In this document: one piece after another, positions 17,775 through 24,427 of the stretch
How the letters are laid out: every line of letters begins with the position of its first letter
How positions within the stretch are numbered: the stretch's first letter is position 1
Source of the DNA: Candidatus Muiribacteriota bacterium
Lineage (GTDB): Bacteria; Muiribacteriota; Muiribacteriia; Muiribacteriales; Muiribacteriaceae
Length of the DNA stretch: 24,427 bases
Direction of reading: 5' to 3'
Assembly: GCA_051747805.1 (NCBI GenBank)
Contig: JBNJGP010000042.1
Coordinates: 1 to 24,427 of the forward strand
Notes under the pieces: model-generated
What the model saw: the letters and a program-made list of their open reading frames with translations, nothing else
What the model was told of the DNA's origin: nothing
Database searches by the model: none
Translations under genes and position numbers: made by a program

Positions 17775-19952
17775 TCACTTTGTTTCCATTGTCCATATTC
17801 CCTCCCAGTTTTCAGGAGGATTATCAATGAAAAATTTACATCTTTTAACAAATGTATTGCAGCAATAATCACCGTTAAAAATTTTATCTGCTTCGATAAA
17901 AAGTTGAAGCGCTTTTTTAAAGTTTCCTTTTCTATATTTCTCTAAGGCTTTGTAATAAACATCCAGTCCTTTATTATACAGCTTATCTAGTTCAAATTCA
18001 ATTAACTGATAAACTCTGATTGGCTCATTTTTTCCTTTCACCTTGACAAAGTCAAGCTCTCTGAAATTAAATTTATTTTTGTTTTTTTTATAAATTGTTT
18101 CTGTAACCATTATTTTGCTTCCATATTCCTTATTAAGCCCTTCAAGTCTTGCTGCAAGGTTAACAGAATCCCCCATTACAGTATAGTTAAAACGATTTTC
18201 TGACCCCATATTCCCAACAACTGCCTTCCCGGCATTCAACCCTATTCGTATTTGAATTTCCGGATAGCCTTGATTTTTCCAATCCTCATTTAAAATTTTC
18301 AATTTATGAATCATCTCAAGCGAGGCAAGGCAGGCATGATAAGTCTGGTTTTCATCAGAAACAGGCGCTCCCCAGAAAGACATAACAGCGTCCCCTATAT
18401 ACTTATCAACAGTTCCTTTATGCTTCATAGTTATTTCTGTCATTTCTGTTAAATATTTATTAAGAAGCGAGACAAGTTCCGGAGCTGACATACCCTCGGA
18501 AATACTTGTAAATCCAGCTATATCGGAAAAGAAAATAGTTAAATCTTTTTCTTCTCCGCCCAGCTTTAAAAGTTCTGGTGATTTTGTCATTTCAGTAACC
18601 AGTTTAGGCGAAATATACTTTGAAAAAGCTCCTTTAATAAATTTCTTTTCTTTAGTTTCAAAAAAATATTTACCGGTTTGAATACCCACAAAAGAAAAAA
18701 TCATGGAAATAATTGGATGAGTAAGATTAAATGCAGTTTTATTAAGACCAAAAACCATCGAGATAATGCCTGTATATAAACAAATAAAAATTATAAGCAA
18801 TATAAAACTCGCAACAGGTCCAAAATAATAATAAATAATAAATAAAATAATTAAAACAGCTAAAAGCAGAGCATAATTTTCAGACTTTTCAAGAACTCTA
18901 TAATATTCTTTCTGCTCAAGAGCATAAAGAAGACTAGCGTGCATATGAACGCCGGGGACATTACCCTCGGCTGCTATGAAAGAAAGAGGATAATTAACAA
19001 AATCCTGATCTTCTGCCGCCGCACTTCCAAAAAAAATAATCCCATCCTTAAAAACCGATCTTCCCTCGGCGGTTAAAAAATAATTTCTATCTTCCTGCGT
19101 ATATTCTTCAAACATTTCATCATCTATAAAAGCCCTCAGAGGAAAAATTGTGAAATCTGTATAACGATTAGAAAAAATTATATTACAATAAACGTTAACA
19201 AAACCTTCTTCTTCAACTCCCTCTATTATAACAGGAATTTCATGCTCTCCTGCCTTAAGCAAATTATTCTCAATATGATAATTTTCTATACCATTATTTA
19301 GCAAAAAAGCCTTAAATCCAAGTGATTCATATTTAACTCCTCCCGTTTCGGTGTATAAAAGAGGTTCACGAACAGAATAGCCTTCTGTAATTTTCTGATT
19401 TATCAAACCTGTATAGTAGGGAGTAAAAATCTCAAAAGGCTTCCGGTAAACCGGTTTTAATTCATGGGTCAAAAAATCAATATTATAATCAATTTTTGAG
19501 GCTACAATAATATCAACATCATTATCTGAAGCCCTTTTAATGCTTGAAGAAATTATTTTGTCAGCTTTTTCTGTTGTACCATATTCCATTGTAAAATCAA
19601 AAATAATCTCACTGGCATTATGGGCTCCAATATAATCAACAGCTTCAGCAAACGAAGCCCGCCTTTTTCCTGTAAGTCCATATATTTCGGGAAATTTATC
19701 ATCGATAATATTATAAAAATCATCATCAACTTCAATAAAAAATATTGATTCTTTTAAGCCACGACCTTCTTCTCCAATTAAATCTTGAGAATCTAATTTA
19801 AAACCTTCTGTTTTCATTGTATATATTAATGTCTGTATTGAATCATAAAAGCGGTTATCTGAAACCTGAAAAAACTTATCTAATCGATTATGCAAAAAAA
19901 TGCTAAATAAAATTATTAGACAGCACAATAATAAGTAAAATTTAATCTTCAT
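17775..19952 (-). CDS. CHASE2-type membrane class III adenylate cyclase
   Basis: N-terminal TM, extracytoplasmic domain ending PGVHMHA, 3 TMs, then FSDIAGFT, DKYIGDAVM, NYTVMGDSVNLAARLEG. The Lys/Thr specificity pair favours ATP. Confidence 0.92.
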   Translation of the reverse strand: MKIKFYLLLCCLIILFSIFLHNRLDKFFQVSDNRFYDSIQTLIYTMKTEGFKLDSQDLIGEEGRGLKESIFFIEVDDDFYNIIDDKFPEIYGLTGKRRASFAEAVDYIGAHNASEIIFDFTMEYGTTEKADKIISSSIKRASDNDVDIIVASKIDYNIDFLTHELKPVYRKPFEIFTPYYTGLINQKITEGYSVREPLLYTETGGVKYESLGFKAFLLNNGIENYHIENNLLKAGEHEIPVIIEGVEEEGFVNVYCNIIFSNRYTDFTIFPLRAFIDDEMFEEYTQEDRNYFLTAEGRSVFKDGIIFFGSAAAEDQDFVNYPLSFIAAEGNVPGVHMHASLLYALEQKEYYRVLEKSENYALLLAVLIILFIIYYYFGPVASFILLIIFICLYTGIISMVFGLNKTAFNLTHPIISMIFSFVGIQTGKYFFETKEKKFIKGAFSKYISPKLVTEMTKSPELLKLGGEEKDLTIFFSDIAGFTSISEGMSAPELVSLLNKYLTEMTEITMKHKGTVDKYIGDAVMSFWGAPVSDENQTYHACLASLEMIHKLKILNEDWKNQGYPEIQIRIGLNAGKAVVGNMGSENRFNYTVMGDSVNLAARLEGLNKEYGSKIMVTETIYKKNKNKFNFRELDFVKVKGKNEPIRVYQLIEFELDKLYNKGLDVYYKALEKYRKGNFKKALQLFIEADKIFNGDYCCNTFVKRCKFFIDNPPENWEGIWTMETK

Positions 19953-19959
19953 GAAAAAT

Positions 19960-19988
19960 ATAATATCATATATTTGGTAACAGGTAAA
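19960..19988 (-). promoter_or_regulatory. Candidate extended -10 promoter giving a leaderless cyclase mRNA
   Basis: Minus strand TTTACC-N17-TATTAT with TG one base before the -10, then 7 nt to the ATG at 19952. No SD present. Confidence 0.5.
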
Positions 19989-20056
19989 AATAAATTAATA
20001 AAAATTGTGTTTTTCCCCGAAATATTATGTATATAATATTCTTACAGGAGAGGGTT

Positions 20057-20194
20057 ATGAACATATTTTTAACGGTAACACTATCTATGATTTTATTGAT
20101 TATTTCAGCATATTCAGTGCTTTCAACAATTTTTTTTATTATTGATGGTGTATTTTTAAAAAAAAAGAAAGATGTCATTTCTGGGAAAAGTTAG
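20057..20194 (+). CDS. Small single-pass membrane protein, 45 aa (not in ORF track)
   Basis: MNIFLTVTLSMILLIISAYSVLSTIFFIIDGVFLKKKKDVISGKS*. SD AGGAG at 20046-20050, TATAAT at 20032-20037. Confidence 0.6.
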   Translation: MNIFLTVTLSMILLIISAYSVLSTIFFIIDGVFLKKKKDVISGKS

Positions 20195-20224
20195 AAATAT
20201 TAATTTATAAACGTCTCTAAAATA

Positions 20225-20851
20225 TTAACAGGCTACAATGTAAACATCTGAACATATTTTCTTATATTTATTTCCCTGATTTTTTAAAACATATTTTTCA
20301 GGACTTATTTTTTTAAACTTTTTAATATGAACTGCTCTTTTTTCAATAATAAACCCCTGTCCCCCGCAAGCATTACATTGAGTAATATAAGTTCTGCCAT
20401 AACATTTACTGCATAAAATTTTTTTTTTAATTTGACCACTTTTAAAAAGAATTCTTCCGTTTCCTTTACATTTAAAACATTTTATTCTGGGTTTATTTCT
20501 ACATTCAAGACAACAAACCTTTCTTTCATACTCAATATATTCTGTGTGTTTAAAATTTTTTACCTTAATATATATATCAGGTAGAAAGGCCTTAATTAAA
20601 AATAAAGATAAATCCTCATCAAAGTTATATCCTTTAAATTTAGATGAAAAATAAAGATAAAGTTTATTATAAGCCTCAGTTGCCTCTGTAAACTTCTTTA
20701 TTCTGTAGTTATTTTCCGGGCATATATCTGGATGAGTTTCTCTGGCAATTAGACGATATTTTTTTTTTACCTCCGATAGTGTGCTGTTTGCACTGAGCCC
20801 AAGAATGCGGAAGGATTTTATAAGCTCCATGCTTTTTAAAAAATTTTTCAT
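20225..20851 (-). CDS. Short DnaJ-like protein (J domain + four-CxxC zinc finger)
   Basis: FRILGL...EVKKKYRLIARETHPD...ATEAYNKL, then CLEC, CFKCKGNG, CSKCYG, CNACGGQG. Only 208 aa. Confidence 0.85.
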   Translation of the reverse strand: MKNFLKSMELIKSFRILGLSANSTLSEVKKKYRLIARETHPDICPENNYRIKKFTEATEAYNKLYLYFSSKFKGYNFDEDLSLFLIKAFLPDIYIKVKNFKHTEYIEYERKVCCLECRNKPRIKCFKCKGNGRILFKSGQIKKKILCSKCYGRTYITQCNACGGQGFIIEKRAVHIKKFKKISPEKYVLKNQGNKYKKICSDVYIVAC

Positions 20852-21963
20852 TAAGTCAAAAATAACCTCTCGTACTTTTTTATCATCCTGTATTTATTAA
20901 AAAAAAGACTTCTTTTATACCCGGAATTTTTATAGTGTTCGTACATTTTTTTGTTTTGAAGTAACTCAATAGCATAATATGCGATACTCTTATAATCTTT
21001 GATTTTTGTCAATACACCATATTGATTATTTTTAATAATTTCTTTTGGCCCCGAACAACAGTCAGTAGAAATTACAGGCACTCCGCATGCCATTGCCTCA
21101 ATAATGCTGTTAGGAAACCCTTCAACAAGCGAGGTAGCAATAAACAAATCAGAATTTCTCAGATAAACAAATGGATTCTTTTTAAATCCCATAAAAAAAA
21201 CTCTATCACCTACACCTTCATTAAAGGCCCATTTTATTAAATTATTTTTATTTTCTCCTCTTCCCAGAATCAAAAGTTTTGAAGGAATTTTTTTATTAAT
21301 AATTGAAAAGGCAGAAATCAGGGTTTTCTGATCTTTATCATTTATTAAACGTCCTGTGGAAATAATAATTTTTTCATTTCCTTTAAATTTTAAATTTTTT
21401 CTTGATTTCTTTTTTATATAATCAGTATCAATAGAATTATAAATCATATAGATAAGTCTTGGATTAATATTAAAATTTTTTATAAGATCTTTTTTCACTC
21501 CCTTAGAAATAGCAACAATTTTTGAAGCCCTGTTATATAGTTTTTTTATTAAAAATTTCCTAATAAAATTAATATGATTTCTTTTAGAATTAACAGTAGC
21601 TTCTCTTATAATTACCTTAATCTTTTTACTAATAAAGAAACGGGATAAAAGCAACACTAAACTATTATTATGCATGGTTGAGAAAATAATATCCGGCTTT
21701 TTTTTAATTATTTTATAAATAATAAGAGGAAGTATAACTGTTTTATAGAATAATTTTGCATATTTTGTTTTTATAGAGGGAATTATATAATCTATTTCTA
21801 TACTTTCTGGAATCATTTTAATGTATTGATTATTAAATTTTGAAAAAAGCAACAGAGAAACTTTAAATTTTTTTTTATCCAGATAACGGATAATATTGAT
21901 TATATTTCTTTCTGCACCGCCTCCACCAACGTCTCTCATATATATTAAAATTTTTTTTTTCAT
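20851..21963 (-). CDS. GT4 family glycosyltransferase (PglJ/WabH-like)
   Basis: GGGGAER, IVAISKGV, IYNSID, GRLINDKD, EGFPNSIIEAMACGVPVISTDCCSGPKEII (EX7E motif). Confidence 0.93.
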   Translation of the reverse strand: MKKKILIYMRDVGGGGAERNIINIIRYLDKKKFKVSLLLFSKFNNQYIKMIPESIEIDYIIPSIKTKYAKLFYKTVILPLIIYKIIKKKPDIIFSTMHNNSLVLLLSRFFISKKIKVIIREATVNSKRNHINFIRKFLIKKLYNRASKIVAISKGVKKDLIKNFNINPRLIYMIYNSIDTDYIKKKSRKNLKFKGNEKIIISTGRLINDKDQKTLISAFSIINKKIPSKLLILGRGENKNNLIKWAFNEGVGDRVFFMGFKKNPFVYLRNSDLFIATSLVEGFPNSIIEAMACGVPVISTDCCSGPKEIIKNNQYGVLTKIKDYKSIAYYAIELLQNKKMYEHYKNSGYKRSLFFNKYRMIKKYERLFLT

Positions 21964-21977
21964 AATACCAACTGAAA

Positions 21978-23045
21978 TTAAGTTACAGGATTCAGTATAA
22001 AATTTATTTTTTCCTGAGTTTTTTTCAGAATTGTAATAATTCTTTCATACTGCATCCTCTTTGGCCCAAGTATTCCAATTATTCCTTTTTTATCGTCGGT
22101 TTTTTTGTAGTTAATACTTATAAATGAAAAATCATTAAAAAAGGCATTATTAAACTCTTCTCCTATTTTTACAGAAATATTTCCCCGCCCAATAAGCTCT
22201 TTAATCTCTCTATGTAAAATTTCAGTATTTTCAAATAAATCTATAATCTGTTTAACCTTATCCATATTGGCAAACTCTTTTTTATTTAAAAGATTTTTTA
22301 TACCTTCAATAAAAAGAATATTATCAATATTGGAGCTTTTCTGGGAGTTTAAAATCAATTCACAAATAGAATAAACATATTCTATAACATTATTCATCGC
22401 AGGCTCTTTTTGAATTTCTTTATTAAAATTCTCGAAAAAACTACTTTTGTATTTTTTAATCATTTCATTTATATAGTTGTTTATTTTCTCAACATTCTGA
22501 ACGCTTAAGTTGTTTTGGGTGAACCAGATTTTATTTTCAATTATATTCGATTCAAATTGATAAATAATTGTATAAATAAAATCTGAAACTTTAATCAATT
22601 TAAAATTTTTTAATGAAAGCAGAGAGTCTCTGTATTCAAAAACAAAGGCAGCCTGTTTAGAAAGAGAGTTTAAAACAAAAAGACTGTATTTAAATAAATT
22701 TTTTACAAGATTTTCTTTTTGTTTATAAACCCTGGAAAAATCGTTTAACTGAGTTATTTTATTTTTTTCCTCGCTGGTTAAGTTTTTTAACTCTAAAAGA
22801 TTGTCAACATAATATCTGTAACCGGTATCAGCCGGTATTCTGCCAGAATACAAATGACTTTTCTGGATAAGTTCCTCTTCCTCAAGTTCTGCCAGTTCAT
22901 TTCTAATGGTGGCCGGAGAACAGTTGAGCATATATTTTCTGGCAAGCCTCCTTGAAGAAACAGGTTCACCAGAAAATATATACTCATCAACTAAACTTTT
23001 TAAAATATCTTTTTTTCTCTGAGTTAAGCTTAAAGAATTTAACAT
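21978..23045 (-). CDS. hrcA: Heat-inducible transcription repressor HrcA
   Basis: LTQRKKDILKSLVDEYIFSGEPVSSRRL, SPATIRNELAELEE, SGRIPADTGYRYYVD, GIIGILGPKRMQY. ATG 23045 preferred over TTG 23060 (AGGGA upstream). Confidence 0.95.
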   Translation of the reverse strand: MLNSLSLTQRKKDILKSLVDEYIFSGEPVSSRRLARKYMLNCSPATIRNELAELEEEELIQKSHLYSGRIPADTGYRYYVDNLLELKNLTSEEKNKITQLNDFSRVYKQKENLVKNLFKYSLFVLNSLSKQAAFVFEYRDSLLSLKNFKLIKVSDFIYTIIYQFESNIIENKIWFTQNNLSVQNVEKINNYINEMIKKYKSSFFENFNKEIQKEPAMNNVIEYVYSICELILNSQKSSNIDNILFIEGIKNLLNKKEFANMDKVKQIIDLFENTEILHREIKELIGRGNISVKIGEEFNNAFFNDFSFISINYKKTDDKKGIIGILGPKRMQYERIITILKKTQEKINFILNPVT

Positions 23046-23064
23046 AGATTTTCCCTGCAAGTTT

Positions 23065-23096
23065 AAAAAAGGGGCAGGGAAAATTCCCTGCCCTTT
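23065..23096 (-). terminator. Rho-independent terminator after groEL
   Basis: Minus strand AAAGGGCAGGGA-ATTT-TCCCTGCCC-CTTTTTT, 17 nt after the groEL stop. Confidence 0.88.
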
Positions 23097-23113
23097 ATTA
23101 TTAAAAAATTATT

Positions 23114-24427
23114 TTACATCATACCTGGCATTCCGCCGCCCATGCCTGGCATTCCGCCACCCATAGCAGGAGCTCCGGCAGGTGCGCCACCATCTTTTTC
23201 TTCAGGTATATCTGACATAAGAACTTCTGTTGTAAGCATTATAGCAGCTATTGATGAAGCGTTCTGCAATGCACATCTTGTTACTTTTGCAGGATCAACA
23301 ATTCCTTCTTTCATCATATCTACCACATCGCCAACTTCAGCATTTAAAGCATATCCTTTTTTAGCACCTCTTACTTTTTCAATAATAACGTCTGATGAAA
23401 ATCCACCATTTTTAGCTATCTGACGGAGAGGAGCCTCAAGTGCTTTAATAACTATATTTATACCTGTCTGCTCGTCAGGTGACTGAGTTTTTATTTTTTT
23501 GATTTCAGAAATCGCATCAATTAAAACTCTTCCTCCACCGGGAACAATTCCTTCCTCAACAGCACTTCTTGTAGCCGCTAAAGCATCTTCAATTCTCATT
23601 TTCTTTTCTTTCATTTCAGTTTCAGTAGCTGCTCCAACTCTGACAACAGCAACACCGCCTTTTAGTTTTGCAAGTCTTTCCTGAAGTTTTTCCTTGTCAT
23701 AATCAGATGTAGATTCTGCTATTTCATTTTTAATCTGATTAACTCTTTCTTCAATATTTTCTTTTTTACCATGACCATCTACAATCACAGTATTATCTTT
23801 ATTTACAACAACTCTTTTAGCTCTACCAAGCATTTCAACCTCAGTAGTCTCAAGTTTAAGACCAAGTTCTTCAGTAATTCTCTGGCCACCTGTAAGAATA
23901 GCAATATCCTCAAGCATTGCTTTTCTTCTATCGCCAAATCCAGGAGCCTTAACCGCAACACAGTTAAGAGAGCCTCTAAGCTTATTAACAACAACTGTTG
24001 CCAGTGCTTCTCCCTCAAGCTCTTCAGCAATAATCATAAGCGGTTTTCCAGTTTGTAATACTTTTTCTAGAAGAGGAAGAAGATCTTTCATTGTAGAAAT
24101 TTTAGAATCAGTAATTAAAATATATGGATCTTCCAGTACAGCTTCCATTTTTTCAGAATTTGTAACCATATAAGGGGATATATATCCTTTATCAAACTGC
24201 ATTCCTTCAACAACATCTTTTTCAGTTTCAATTCCCTGTGCCTCTTCTACAGTTATTACACCGTCTGTTCCAACAATTCCCATAACTTCAGAAATTAATC
24301 CACCTATTTCTTTTGAGCGTGCAGAAATTGAAGCAACATCGGCAATCATATCTGTAACATCTCTTGATGTATCTTTTATATATTTAACAGCCTCTTCAGT
24401 AGCTTTTTCAATTCCACGCTTTATAGC
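23114..24427 (-). CDS. groEL: Chaperonin GroEL, 3' part (gene starts beyond window)
   Basis: Frame open to the window edge (AIKRGIEKA...). [48 protein letters not shown]-terminal GGM repeats. Confidence 0.98.
   Translation of the reverse strand, partial: AIKRGIEKATEEAVKYIKDTSRDVTDMIADVASISARSKEIGGLISEVMGIVGTDGVITVEEAQGIETEKDVVEGMQFDKGYISPYMVTNSEKMEAVLEDPYILITDSKISTMKDLLPLLEKVLQTGKPLMIIAEELEGEALATVVVNKLRGSLNCVAVKAPGFGDRRKAMLEDIAILTGGQRITEELGLKLETTEVEMLGRAKRVVVNKDNTVIVDGHGKKENIEERVNQIKNEIAESTSDYDKEKLQERLAKLKGGVAVVRVGAATETEMKEKKMRIEDALAATRSAVEEGIVPGGGRVLIDAISEIKKIKTQSPDEQTGINIVIKALEAPLRQIAKNGGFSSDVIIEKVRGAKKGYALNAEVGDVVDMMKEGIVDPAKVTRCALQNASSIAAIMLTTEVLMSDIPEEKDGGAPAGAPAMGGGMPGMGGGMPGMM

Noticed and set aside
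12553..19735. Short ORFs 12553-12807, 14697-14927, 16702-16935, 17229-17429 and 19553-19735
   Set aside because: Nested in well-supported genes (secA, amidase, recJ, cyclase); shadow ORFs.
19966..20178. 70-aa minus-strand ORF in the track
   Set aside because: No recognisable motif; it is the antisense shadow of the better supported plus-strand 45-aa ORF and runs over the candidate cyclase promoter.
21964..23113. CIRCE element near hrcA
   Set aside because: No TTAGCACTC-N9-GAGTGCTAA seen in the adjacent intergenic gaps; it would be expected upstream of groES, outside the window.
23117..23165. Repeated cctggcattccgcc units at the groEL 3' end
   Set aside because: They encode the ordinary GGM-rich GroEL tail.
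21022..24058. Short ORFs 21022-21240, 22793-22990, 23142-23423, 23499-23684, 23771-24058 and 23803-24030
   Set aside because: Antisense or alternate-frame shadows of the GT4 gene, hrcA and groEL.

Overview
AT-rich bacterial chromosomal window of mostly housekeeping and signalling genes, nearly all on the minus strand. In minus-strand order: groEL (3' part), hrcA, a GT4 glycosyltransferase, a short DnaJ-like protein, a CHASE2 adenylate cyclase, recJ with a fused TPR tail, apt, an AMIN/Amidase_3 amidase, hpf, PTS EIIA, secA and a secreted TPR protein. After a lone plus-strand asnS come a secreted acidic TPR protein, a small Cys-rich protein, an orphan histidine kinase, a HEAT protein, another secreted TPR protein, whiA, a HutP-like protein and an msmX-type ABC ATPase converging on the 3' part of rel. 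No mobile element, CRISPR array, rRNA or tRNA was seen. Most notable: (1) two signal-peptide TPR proteins share a pilin-head-like CxxN...CPxGGxY...Cxx(H/C) putative Zn module; (2) the groEL terminator can refold to occlude the hrcA ribosome-binding site; (3) the order groEL-hrcA-GT4-mini-DnaJ lacks grpE/dnaK; (4) an uncalled 45-aa membrane microprotein lies divergent from an apparently leaderless cyclase gene; (5) a Cys-rich microprotein abuts a kinase that has almost no sensor domain; (6) RecJ-TPR fusion and a His-less HutP-like protein. All family calls are from motif recognition by eye; no searches were run.
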